From: the human T2T-CHM13v2.0 reference genome, Homo sapiens
Direction: 5' to 3' (one strand)
NCBI RefSeq assembly: GCF_009914755.1
Contig: NC_060945.1
Length of the DNA stretch: 64,000 nt
How positions within the stretch are numbered: the stretch's first letter is position 1; each line of letters opens with the position of its first letter. The position numbers and the translations under genes are program-made. Under the pieces are notes generated by a model. The model saw only the letters and a list, made by a program, of their open reading frames with translations, did not search any database and had not been told where the DNA came from. Shown here piece by piece: positions 1 through 13,130 of the stretch.

Positions 1-176
1 CCTGGTACACAGTGTGTACTTAATGTTTGTGGAACTGAACTAAACGCACAACCTAACAAGCTTTACAATTACTGGGACTCGGGATCCAGTCATGCCGTTT
101 AAAACAAGGAAGCAAAGACGCAGCTCCAGAAATTCAGAAATACAGTTGCAGAAATTTCCAAAAACATGCCAAAGCT

Positions 177-488
177 GGCTGCGCACGGTGGCTTACGCCT
201 GTAATCCCAGAACTTTGGGAGGCCGAGTCGGGCGGATCACGAGGTCAGGAGATCGAGACCATCTTGGCTAACATGGCAAAAACCTGTCTCTATTAAAAAT
301 ACAAAAAATTAGCTGGGCATGGTGGTGGGAGCCTGTAGTCCCAGCTACTCAGGAGGCTGAGGCAGGAGAATGGCAAGAACCTGGGAGGCGGAGCTTGCAG
401 TGAGCGGAGCTTGCAGTGAGCAGAGATCGCGGCACAGAACTCTAGCCTGGGTGACAGAGCAAGACTCCGTCTCAAAAAAAAAAAAAAA
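177..488 (+). mobile_element. AluY-type SINE with TSD and internal 16-bp duplication
   Basis: Full Alu dimer with Y-type GAGATCGAGACCATC.TGGCTAAC and GCGGAGCTTGCAGTGAG, plus a poly(A) tail. TSD ATGCCAAAGCT at 166-176 and 488-498. Confidence 0.95.
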
Positions 489-1217
489 TGCCAAAGCTAT
501 TAAAAGGATGGAAAGCTGAATCAAACATATTTGGAGAGCCACAGAGTGCCACAATGCCTTTCTAATAACTAATTAGGACCTTGCTTTTCTGCAGGGTGGT
601 ATAATAACCATTTGGCTAGTACTTTCAGGGGGAAAACGTCTCTTCACCACCACAGTCTGTATTCCTTTGCGTTCTTTTGTCTAGGCATTTTACACTTACA
701 AATATATATATACACATATTTAAAGAGTGTATTCTTTTTTCCTTGAATGAATCATGTGGGCACTAGGGTGGACCTCCAGGGATTTTGGGTGGATGAGACC
801 AATACAGGAATTGCTAATGTGGTTTCTATTGAATGTGATGGATTCATTAGGTAGAATCATTTGCTAAACCAGGAGTACTACATTTTTACTCCATTCATCT
901 TTGTCTTTTGGATTCCAGGGGGTGACTCTGCCGACAGTGCCACTACGAGCTGAATGAGCAGCCTTGCTTGAAGAAGGTGGCTTCAGGAACAAATGTTGAT
1001 ATTCCTTGACTCTTGTGAGCTCCTACATTTCAGCCCTGGCCCCTCACCTTGAAGTTACTCTGAAGCTACGCTTCACACGTGTGCTCTCATTTTCTCAGAG
1101 AATTAAAGGGATGAACTCCAAGGCTTTGGAAGTTTCATCTTCTCCCTGTCACATAGTATGTAACCTGGATGCAACCATCATGGTCTTTAAAAATCCCAGG
1201 GGCTGTTATTTATCAGG

Positions 1218-1416
1218 TGTACTAAGCTGAATAGCGACCTCCAAAAGGATATGTTTATTTCCAAACCCCTCAGGACCTGTGACTGTGGCCTTATTTGAGA
1301 AAAGCATTTTTGCACATAATTAAGGATTTCAAGATGAGATCATCCCGGATTTAGGATGGGCCCTAAATCTAACGACGGGTGTCCTTATAGGGGAAAGACA
1401 GAGGGAGTTTTGACAC
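1218..1416 (+). mobile_element. MLT1C-like MaLR LTR, 5' part
   Basis: GGCCTTATTTGAGAAAAG...AAGATGAGATCATC...GGGCCCTAAATC...GTGTCCTTATA resembles the MLT1 5' region and the MLT1 copy at 62639. Confidence 0.7.
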
Positions 1417-1722
1417 TGCTATGGTTTGGATATGGTTTGTCTCCATGGAAACTCATGTTGAAACTTGATTCCCAATGTGGCAGTGTTGGGAGGTGGGGCC
1501 TAGTGGGCACATCTGGGTCCCCTTCCCACACACCAAATTCCCCTTTGACTTCCACCATGTTATGGTGAAGCTCAAAAGCCCTCACCGGAAGCTGAACAGA
1601 TGTCAGAGCCATTCTTTGAACTTCACAGCCTGCAGAACCATGAGCTAAATTAACCTTCTTTCTTTAAAAGTTTCCCAGTCTTAGGTATTCAGTTAATAGC
1701 AACACAAAATGGATTAAAAACA
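1417..1722 (+). mobile_element. MST-family MaLR solo LTR, internally deleted
   Basis: Starts TGCTATGGTTTGGATATGG...GGGAGGTGGGGCCTAGTGGG. Ends CAGCCTGCAGAACCATGAG...CCCAGTCTTAGGTATTC..ATAGCAACACAAAATGGATTAAAAACA. Confidence 0.85.
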
Positions 1723-1909
1723 GAAGCTCAGTTCCTTTTCAAGTAGGACCAGAAAAGTTGTCTAGTATAATTCTAACATAGCTCTGGAATCCGGTTCCCA
1801 CCTCCATCCCTCCAAATACACACACATTCACGCACGCTCCTTGTCTGTACCCATGAACCTCTAGGGAGTTCACCTCCTCCTACAATGGCATCCACCTATG
1901 GGCTCCCCT

Positions 1910-2020
1910 GCGAGTCTTTGGAGAGCAAGAACTGTGTTCTCAACCTCCAAGTGGTCCCAGCACCAAGGGCCATATCCAGCACACACAGGGGCTTAATACA
2001 TGTTTGCTAAGTGAACAAAC
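1910..2020 (+). mobile_element. L2 3' end fragment
   Basis: Ends ...CCAGCACACACAGGGGCTTAATACATGTTTGCTAAGTGAA, resembling the L2 terminus. A similar terminus lies at 1-40. Confidence 0.55.
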
Positions 2021-2659
2021 AGAACTAATCTATGATTAAAAATGAACTCCCAGTAATACTTGTGTCTCAGTCCTAGTTCTTTCCTCAAGAGTCTACTGAT
2101 TGTGCTTCTCCACTGCCAACATGACATCTGGGCGTCGAGTCCATCATCTGACTTATATAGACTTCATCACATAGGCCACTGTTGAGCAGAGGCACAGACA
2201 GACAAGACCATGACGTCTTACGTGCATTTGCACATACCTTCTTTGTTCAAACTCCCACTCCTTCAAACCTCAACTCAAATGCAAGGACCACTGGGAATCC
2301 TTTCTGAATTTCCCTACACAGGTTTTACCTCCTTCTCTCATTGTATTATGGAAAACTCTTGGCATTGAAATCTAGTACACACTCAGTAAATAATGGTCAC
2401 TATGGCATTTTTGTTGGTGGTGAAGGAGGTAGTGGTTTCAATATGATTCCCTCTGCTTGAAGAATTTCCCTTATTTATACCAATTATCTTGATTTATTGT
2501 AATTTATTTGCATGTCTTCTTTTCCCTCTACACTAGACGCTCCAATGGGTGGAAGCCAAGTTTTCCCCTTGAAATCATGAGTATCCATTAGGCAGAAGAC
2601 ACTGTAATAATAATAGTCTCAAAGAAAAATATGGTTTGTGCGTACTGTCCACCAAACCA

Positions 2660-2828
2660 GGCAACAGCAGAGTTTGGCCTGTGTACTAAATCCAACCATG
2701 GTCTGGCTTTGCACAGTGTGCTGAGAGAATTAGAGAGATGTTAAGAGAGGAACTGGAGGTGGCCCCACAAAACCCAAAGCACTTACTATCTGGCCCGCTA
2801 CAGAAAAAGTATGCTGAACTGGACACTA
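2660..2828 (+). mobile_element. MER58-like hAT-Charlie MITE fragment
   Basis: GGCCCCACAAAACCCAAAGCACTTACTATCTGGCCCGCTACAGAAAAAGTATGCTGA resembles the MER58A end. Confidence 0.65.
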
Positions 2829-4069
2829 AACACAGAAGCATCTGGCTTGTAATTTGACTGTGGCTTTAATTTCTTATACGATGACCTCACATTCGCTTAC
2901 CCAGAAATTCTACCAAGGGCTCAGAAATGGCTTGGACCCTAGATTGGGCCTGGAGAGCCCTGATGGGACTAATGCATCCGCACACCAAAGGGAGGCAGTT
3001 TTGTGTTTTAAAAGCATCTGCTAGTACTTCAGATTTTAAACATTTCCTCTCCAGTCATTGTAAGTTGAGTCTCTAATTTTTAAAACATTATGAGTCAGGA
3101 GGAAGGAGGACTGTCTTCAGTTGCTTGTGGGGCCAAGCCTTCACCAAAACCACTTCAGAAAGCAAGTTCCTTAAAAAGGAACCAGTAACCAGGCTGAGTT
3201 GGTGTAGGAAGTGAAGCTGCAAAACAAGGGTCAGAACACAGCACCGTTCAGTCAGAAAAAAAGATGGAAATCTGCCCAAACCAGAAACCCAAAGTGTAAT
3301 GTGCATGTATACTCACGAGGAATGTAACTGGACACCGCTGGTGGGTCTACACTGTGTTCTAGGGCAAGTTGGTTTTGTTTTCCTACTTAGGGAAAAATTT
3401 GGTTTCCATGGGCCCTTTAAACTGGCATAGCTTTGTGTTTTTGTTGCTTTACTGTTACTTCTTTTTTATGAGTAAAACTTTTCTCTGATAATGACTGCAT
3501 CTTCCTAAAAGCTTCTTCTGAGTTCTTATTTTCAAAGAAGCCGAATCCATCTTAATATTTTCTTGCCATAATTGCCCCAGGCCAATTTCTTCTAAAGGAA
3601 TTAAAAATGCAAATCTAATATTCTAATTGCATAATAGGATAATCTTGGCAGCTAGATCAATACTATCTCCCACTGTCAATAATACGGCCGGGATGTGTGT
3701 ATGTCAGAGCCCACCGGTCTCACTTTATCACTGGCCCCATGGCCCATCCACATCTATAAGATGTGACATTTTATTAGTGGCCTTCCATCAATCAACTCTA
3801 ATTTGTGCATCAGAGAGATGCGTGTTGTCATCTCAGCATCCACGTTGCCCTGGGCACCAGACAACACAGAGTTGAAGCCTCATGTTTCCAAGGACTAAGT
3901 TAAATGGCAGGAAAAGGGTGGATGACAGCTCCACAAAGGATTTCTTCCTGGTGGCCATCCAATGAATTAAAAAGCAAAGAACCTACAACAAGTCATCTCA
4001 AAGAGGAAGACTCCAAAAAATAAGAATGTGGACAGCTCCCAAACCTGTCAGTGCAGCTACAAACCATTG

Positions 4070-4215
4070 CAGGCAGCACAGGCCTGGAGTCAGGAGACCT
4101 GGCTGTGAGGTCCGGCTTGGCCATTCCGTGCTGGGTCACCTAACCTCTATCTGCCTCATTTTCCTCTCTTGTAAAGTAAGAGTGTTGACCTAGGTTGTTC
4201 CAACCTAAAACTTAT
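4070..4215 (+). mobile_element. MIR
   Basis: GGAGTCAGGAGACCTGG...TAACCTCT..CTGCCTCATTTTCCTC..TTGTAAA MIR core. Confidence 0.65.
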
Positions 4216-4246
4216 TTGACTTCAAGCGTAGTAAAGATTGTACTCT

Positions 4247-4663
<417 letters not shown>

Positions 4664-4734
4664 TTATCATCCAAACTATATTTCCATTAAGAAGTGTTTT
4701 TCCAATAGCTCTCCTTCGCCTTTTAAATGTTCTT

Positions 4735-5386
<652 letters not shown>

Positions 5387-6029
5387 TCAGGTCTCAGATA
5401 CCATACTATTTGGTTTAAAATATTTTGGTTCAAAATATTTGGCTCAAAAAATCTGCTTCAATTTACCCACCTTAACCAGAAAAAAAAAAAAAAACTTGTA
5501 TAAACTGTGTTTAAAAAATCATAAATGTCCTTAAATATAATTAAGCAATAGGGTATAACAAAACTTTAAGTTCTTATTAAATATGATTTTAGGGAAGGCT
5601 AATTTTAAAGAGATAATCAGAACAAAGACTTAAATTCTTTGATGAACAAAATACCTTTCCAAATTTATGACAGCATACAATGTAACTCAAAATGCAATTT
5701 ATTTGACTTTGGAGAAAAATGCTCTGTATGTATTTTACTTGTAACTGTAGTAAGATTTCTTGTTGATATGGTTCTTTGCAGTTTATTCAAATAACAATTA
5801 TCCACTACATGCTGGGTATTGTGTAAGAGGCCTTCATATATATTTTTAAATTTGGTTCTTACAGTGACATTGGGGATTAGTTAAGACTGGCATTATTGTC
5901 CCCGAAGGAGAAAATGAAGGCTAGAAACCAGTAAGAGATGTCCCCAGAAATTATCAGCAATGTGAAAAGTGACAGAAGACTCAAGGATGAGTTAAAAAAA
6001 AAAGAGGGGGGGGCAGGAAAAAAAAGAAA

Positions 6030-7245
6030 TATTCCTGAAAACTTGAGGCAGGCAAATTTTCCAAGAGGGGTAAGTGAAGGGTTTGGAGAAAGAGAGGGAG
6101 CTGGGGCAGAGGAAGAGATACAAGCCCTCTGTGAAATACAAACCAGGGGGCTTAGTATTGATCCTTGGGAGAACACAAGAACTAATCGTTGCAGGTTGAT
6201 CTTTGTGAGCTCGGGGAGGAGAAAACGGTGACTGCCAAGAGGCTCTTCCACAGTTACCCGATTGAATCTCGTTTCCTCTCCTGATAGGGTTATCAGGCAG
6301 GGGGATCATGGATCTGAATTTCAGCGAGGCACTTGACAGAGTTGCTCAGGATATTCTTATAGACAAGATGGAGAAATGGGGATGGGAGTAGGACACAGCT
6401 AAGTGGATTTGCAGCTGGCTGAACAAATGCATCAAAGTGTTGAATAATAGAATGATGTCAGCCTGGAAGGAAAATGAGCCTTGTGCTACAGGGCTCTGTT
6501 TTGGGCCCTGTTCTGTTCAGCAAGCTGATGGGTGGCTTGAACAGAATAGTAGAAGGAATGCCTGTTAGGACAGTGAATGACATCCGTATGGGAGGAACTG
6601 CTAACACATTAAACAAAAGAGTCAGGATCCAAAATGTTCTCATCCTGCTAGACCAATGACCTCAAACCATCGAGAAGAAATGTAATCGGAATGAATGTAA
6701 AGTCCTTTAATTGATTCCAAAATCAATAACACAAAAAAGGATGTGAGATTCTTGGCTTAGGAGCAGTTCATGGAGCGAAGACCTAGCCCCCTGGCAAAAC
6801 GTGCTCCCATTAACATGTTGCAGTCACTAACAAAACTTAAGGGATTTTGGACTGCGTTAGTAGGAGCCCAGCGCCTCCTCCAAAAGTAGTTATAATTCCA
6901 CTACATGATGGACTGGTAAACACCCGGTTTCAGGTGAGGTGCTGCATTTTAAGACAAACAGAAAATTCAGAGAAGGGAAAAAATACTAGAGAAGATGTGG
7001 CTTTAATACAAGGTGAGAAACGGTTCATGTGATTGGTGACATTTAGCCAAGGAGAGGCAAGGTGGCAATCTTCTAATATTTGGAGAGCTGACATAGGAAG
7101 AATGAGAAAACAAAATCATCACTGCTCTACATGGATTAAGAGTTACAGAATTGTGGAGTAAGTCTCAGGGCAACCTAAACATGCAGTTGCCACACAAGCA
7201 ACTGAGTTCCCAGCACTGAGGGGATTCACAGGCTGGGCTGGTGGG
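6030..7245 (+). mobile_element. CR1/L3 LINE fossil (RT region to 3' end)
   Basis: 6311-6376 translates DLNFSEALDRVAQDILIDKMEK. 6474-6659 gives VLQGSVLGPVLF...MGGTANTLNKRVRIQN. Both match CR1 RT motifs (LDFSKAFD, PQGSVLGPVLF, LGGxANT). Stops and frameshifts present. Confidence 0.85.
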
Positions 7246-7587
7246 AGAAGCATTTCTTTTCAGAGTGAAAAGTTGTTTTGCCTAATTCTACAGGACAAAA
7301 TAATCTTGATATGTGCAGAAGTGTTGACAATGAAATTGCCATAAGTATTGCCTGCTGATTAAATCCAACACATATGCCTTAGCCAATTATGATTTCAAGG
7401 TACTTTGTATACATAGGGAAGGTGTAACGAAAAAGTAAAAATAACCACATCACATTGTGTTCCCTGGAGGAGCTTAAAAATCTAAAGACATATAAGTAAT
7501 TTCGTTTAAATAAAAGACAAAATAAAATAGATTATTATATTTTATTTTAACAGATTATAATAAAATAAATTATAATAAAGAAAGAGA

Positions 7588-7905
7588 AGCCACGCATGGT
7601 GGCTCATGCCTGTAATCTCAGAATTTCGGGACACCGAGGCTGGGATATTTCTTGAGGCCAGGAGTCCATGACCAGCCTAGGTAATATAGTGAGACCTCAT
7701 CTCTATAAAAATAATAAAAAATTTAAAAATTAGCCAGGCATGGTGGCACACACCTGTAGTTCCAGCTACTTAGGAGGCTGAGGTGGGAGGATTGCCTGAG
7801 CCCAGGAATTCAAAGCTTCAGTGAGCTATGATGGCACCACTGCACTACAGCCTGGGTGACAGAGTGAGACCCTGTCTCTAAAAGAAAGAAGAAAGAAAGA
7901 AAGAG
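7588..7905 (+). mobile_element. AluJ, flanked by probable antisense L2 remnants
   Basis: J-type GAGCCCAGGAATTCAAAGCTTCAGTGAGCTATGAT and a (GAAA)-type tail. Confidence 0.9.
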
Positions 7906-9231
7906 CTATAGGATAAAGAAAGGGTAAGAATTAATTTTAAGTTGAGTTAGAGGCTGATCAAAGAAGGCTTCACAAAACAGGTAGCATTCAACCTGAATGC
8001 ATATTGGGTTTCCAGCTCAAGCATCCAGGCAGCTCAGGTACAGCCCTGGTGAAACTCTAAACGTGGCCACCCTGCATCTTTTCCTGTATTTAGCCATTTG
8101 AACGGCCATCTTGTCTGTGCTGTTATTTCAAAGAGATTTTGTTCTCTGCCCATACCTGGCAACTTGACAGTTTAGATCTCCTTTGCTTCCTGCCTTCCCT
8201 GTCACCCTCATTGTTATGAGGGACTAGCCTTCAATTCTTCTGCCCGTGGTCACCTGTAGACACAGCCCTGGCACAGGAGTCGCATTCCATCAGTTTTACC
8301 ATGTAAGGTAACCTGATCACAGGAAGGCCATTCCCTCACCATTGCCGTATTTTTGGTTAGAGCAATGCAGAGGTCACACGCCTCTTTCAGGTCTGTCTGC
8401 TACAGGTGCCAGGTGGGGGTCAGTTAGACACTTGAAACAAGAAGGTGGAAAGATAGGGCAGGTGTGAAGCAGGTGGGCACTTCAGAGCTGGGCACTCAAC
8501 CTTGGGGATTCCTTCAGGGGTGCAATTATGTTCCTCTCTCCTCTTGCCTAGACAAATGGCTTGTCATCCTTGGTCATGAAAAAGACACTTTACCTTTCAG
8601 GCACGAGGGCACATCCCACTCAGCAAGATGAGCTAAGATGATACCATCTGCCACCCTCCTTGAGCTCTCCCCCTTCAATTTTGTGAGTATTCCTCCTAGC
8701 CCTTGAGGTAGTAATCCACACAGCAGTAGTTGCTGACATCACCAGGATTGACAGGTCTCGGCCATCACACAGGCTCCCAGCCTATGGCTAAGTAACATTA
8801 TCCCCCAGGCTGTGTGTCTATGCAGGGCACTTCCCAGACACTACCAGCTGCTTAGACGTACAGTTCACTCCCAGTGGTTTAAACCCCAACCAGGACTCAG
8901 AGATTGTTGCTGCATCTCTGTCTCTCCTCTATCATAATGCCAGCTGTGGCCTCCCCTGAGAGCCGACTATTTAAAAATTAATCACCATGTTTCATTCCAC
9001 ATAGAAGCTCCTGTTCTATTTATTTCTCCTTCTTCTTCAGATCCTCTCCTGGAAATCTGATGGAAAGAGCCATATGACTTATCATTTTCTTCCTCTATAA
9101 AGTGGTGTGAAAATTACACAGAAGGTCATCAGGAGGCACTTCTCCTCCACCCACAGAAGGAGAGGGGGTGTTTCCAACAGTGGCTAACTGTTGTAAGTCT
9201 GATGCTCTTTGGGGCATTGACTAATGGTAAG

Positions 9232-9767
9232 AGTAGGTGGACGTCTAAGTGGCCTCAATCCTTCTCTCTTCCATCTGTAGTCATACCCTTTGCAATATGA
9301 CTTTGTGCCTCTTCCCATTAAGATGTGGAGTCTATTTCTCCATACCCTGAATCTAGCTTATTGTTATAATTTGTTTTAGGCAAGAGAATGAAGTGGGAGT
9401 GAAAGTCTGCCAGTTTGGGGCCTAGGTATTAAGAGTCCCTGCATGCTTCTACCTCACTCTCTTCGAATGTACTCAGCCTCCCTGAGAACAAACCCAGGCC
9501 AGCTTGCTGGAGGAGGAGAGACTGCTTGGAACAGAGACCTGCTATCCCATCATACTCTATCCATCATTCTCCATCCCAGCATAGCCAGCCCCCAGCTGAC
9601 TCAGAAGGTGAATACAAACACATGAATGAAGTCACCTGAGACAAGAAAAACCACCAAGCTAAGCCTAGCCCACACTGCCAACCCACAGACTCATGAATGA
9701 AACAAACGGCTATTGTTTTAAGCTACTCTACATTGGGGTGGTTTGTTATGCAGTATGATCTGATGCA
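9232..9767 (+). mobile_element. MLT1H-like MaLR solo LTR
   Basis: GTGGAGTCTATTTCTCC..CCCTGAATCT, CCAGCTTGCTGGAGGA, and 3' end TTGTTTTAAGCTACT...TTGGGGTGGTTTGTTATGCAG. Confidence 0.8.
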
Positions 9768-11541
9768 GGCTCCATGGTTTATCAGTATAAACTTCCACAT
9801 CGCCAGTTTCAAAAAAGCCACCACCTGACTCATCTCAAACATTCAGCAGGGTGATGGTGTCCCCATTTTTTTTTCCTTCACTTGATCTTCTGGAACCATT
9901 TTCTTGAGGCTCCAGGACCTAACATTGAAACTGGAAGGAAAGGGTCTTGGGGGATGGGTTGAGTTGCCATACTTTTCCTTTTCACAAAAGTCCTTGCAAA
10001 GCATATTTCTTTTATTTCATCCTTGGATGGTTGCCTTCAATTCCTTTGTTTCATAAGCTTCTATTCTCCCAAAGAGCCACGACAGCATTGATTTCAACCT
10101 ATGATTGCCACTGAAATATTAAACCCTATTGATTTGAAACTCAGGATTAGTTGCAAGTTGGATACTCTGCATATTTTGAAGATGGGCAATTTTATTTCTT
10201 CTAGTTGAAGAGTAATCACAGCCTCCTGGTATTCTTGTTTTTTGATGTAGAACTTCAAATCTGATTTCTTATTTGGTTCCCTAAAATTGTGAAATGCACT
10301 ATGTTCACTAACTAATCACTTTACTCTTTCAAATGAAGCCTTCATACTTCTGAGTGTGCCGGTGTGAAAATACACATTCTCTCCATTATCTATACATTGA
10401 ATACTGTCATGATGATTCCTCCACCTCCCCAAACATCAACAAAAATCTTACTGGCTATAAGTAAAGATATCGTATTCTGAGTAGGCATTCAGTAGAATAA
10501 CTTTTCTTTTACTAAGCAGAGTTTATCATTAGTTTGATGTCTACTGAAAGCATACCACTACATCTAAGACTCCCATTAGCTTGAAGCTCACCCCAGTACA
10601 TGGCTACTACTGAAAATTTTTGTCCTAAAATGCCCTCCAAGAATAGAGCATCGGACTGCTGAAATAAAACTTCTCTGGATAACTCAAGACGGGATCTGCA
10701 ATGGGTTGTCTGAAAACCAAGTTCATCTGAAGATGCAAAAGGCTAAAGACGTGGCGATCAATTGTCTCCCAATTCTTAATTCATAGCTGCATTAATCATA
10801 AGCCTCTCCAAAATAAAAACAGTTAAACATTTTGAAACAAAAGACATTTCAAAAAATGTATACACTGGCGAACATTTTTACTTAATAGACATATATCTAT
10901 AGAATAGCTGTATTCAACTTTAAAAGCTGTTACTCTAGTGTGTACTAAATAGAGCCCAGAAACACAAGGTCCCCTTCCCTCTTGCTTCACCAGAGGTCTC
11001 CCCAAACCCTGACCCACATTCCTTACCCCTCCCTAGTGTTCATCCAGGAGGGAGCCCAGTGGCAGAGCCAGCTGTCCCAGTAGCATAGCGGTAGGATGGA
11101 GTGAGAGTAAGGCCCTGGGGGAAGCCGCAGCCCCGCAATCCTCAGACTGTATTTTCCTCTGTCTCCCACACCACCATTCTATGACCTTCCTCCTCCTTCA
11201 CACCAAGCTTTGGCATTACTTCTAAGATAAGATGTCTAGAAAGTGGAGCTGCAGGGGTCCCTTTTGAAATGTAGGTGAGATGTCCTAAGAACCTATTCCC
11301 AATTTATTCTTTGATCTATCCCTTCCTTTCTCAAGCAGCACTCAAAAAACCAGTCTGACATCTGCAAGCCATGGCAGACAGAGATATAAACCTGTGATCC
11401 TAAGAGTATTCAAGGGAAGTCCTGCTGAACTTAGCCTTTCCCAACAGGCTCACAGATAAAAAATGAGCAGGTGAAGAGCAGACAAGCCCACTCACCGTTG
11501 TCTGTGTAGCTATCAACTTGAGCAAATTAACAAAATATTAA

Positions 11542-11589
11542 ATTAAAAGTAATGGCAAAACCCACAATTACTTTTGCACCAACCTAATA
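11542..11589. mobile_element. MADE1 (Hsmar1-derived MITE), one TIR only
   Basis: ATTAAAAGTAATGGCAAAACCCACAATTACTTTTGCACCAACCTAA followed by TA is the spacer plus one Hsmar1 TIR. Confidence 0.9.
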
Positions 11590-12766
11590 ACCATTAAATT
11601 AAAGAAAGAACTCGGGACTGTAAGCAGTTCATCAAGGAGTCTTACGACATTGGGTTAGAAACACAAAATGCTTGTATTTCTCTAATTACTTCCCCCCGCC
11701 CTTTGCTCTGTTGAGTCTTCTTTTTATACTCCTTAATAGTGTCCTGGGTGGATTCCGTACCTTTCTAGTTGTTTAAAATGTGAAAGTGATAAGGCAATTA
11801 ATGAAGGGCCATTGCAAACCTTCAGTCTCAATCTTGTTTTCAGTCGTACGCCCTCTGTGTAGACTTGAGTAGGACCTTAAATGCTGAAGGGTGGGGCAGT
11901 GAGGCAAACTCTGCTTCTGCAATGCCCACTGTCTACTCCCGGTTGAGCTCCTCCAGTTGATAGGAAGGGGCCGTGTCTCTATTCACTTATGTGACCTCTG
12001 ATGGCATTCTCTCTCAGATGATTGCTGCAGCTGTACTGGCTGGTTGACTTGCAACTTCTCTGAGGGGCAGCATCTAAGCACTGTCTCTCTTATGGGAACA
12101 AGTTTGAATTCTCCAGCAGGCTCTGAAGGCTCTGTCATCTCCCTTCCCTATCTCCACCTACTGCACAATTCTGTGACATAGGATTCCTGGTTCTGGCTTG
12201 ACCTCTCCAACCCCTTCTCCATAGCTCCCTTTACCAGGTGCAAATCCCATAGCCTTCTACTGCTAGGTTCCCTGTGCCCAGTGAACATCCCGCCTTGTTG
12301 GGTACGAGCAAGATGACTCAAACCCAGCTGTCATTCCAGGGTGTCCACTGACCCACAGGAAACCCAGCCATCCTTGCCATGTGGTTGGTATGTGGGCTTC
12401 CAACCCCTACCCATCCTGCTCCCCGCTCCATTTCCCTCCAATAGGCAAATCAGCAAGTCTATCACCTAAGCCAATGTCCAGCTTGGAAAGGCAAGACTCC
12501 CTTCCTTTCCCCCAAGGGCACCCCCAATTTCTTAGTACTGCTTCCCCAGGTATCATCCCACTTGTCTTCATGGTGAGACTTCATTATAAAGACAGGAAGA
12601 GGTGATGGGTGGTGGCTGGTGGCAGCATTTTTGGTTCCACGAAGTTCTCTGTGGTGCAGATCTTGATGCCCTCTCTAGAATGTGGGCATTCTTGATGGCT
12701 TTTGTTTCAAGTCAAGCCTGTATTTGCTAGTTATGGGACAACCTAAAGAGTCTCACTAAGCTTCTT

Positions 12767-13130
12767 TGCATTTGTTTCTTAAAGCTTACATCACAGATAA
12801 TAACAAACAGGGTAGTTAAACAACAGAAGTTTATCCTTTCCAGGTTCTGGAGGCCAGAAGTCTGAAATCAAGCTGTCGGCAGGTCCATGCTCCTTTTGAA
12901 GTCTCCAGGAGATGATCCTTCATTGCCTCTTGCAGCTTCTGGTGACCCCAGATATTCTTTGGTTTGCAGGTGCCACACCCACGCTCTGCCCCCATCCTCA
13001 CATGGCCTCTTCTCTTTGCCTCTGTGTCCTCTCCTTTTCTCATAAGCACACAAGTAACTGAATAGAAGGCCCACCCTAATCCAATACGACCTCATTGTCA
13101 TCCATTACATCTGCATAAACTCTGTTTGTC
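12767..13130 (-). mobile_element. MLT1C-like MaLR LTR
   Basis: AAACAACAGAAGTTTAT...GTTCTGGAGGCCAGAAGTCTGAAATCAAG...GGCCCACCCTAATCCAATACGACCTCAT. Confidence 0.85.
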
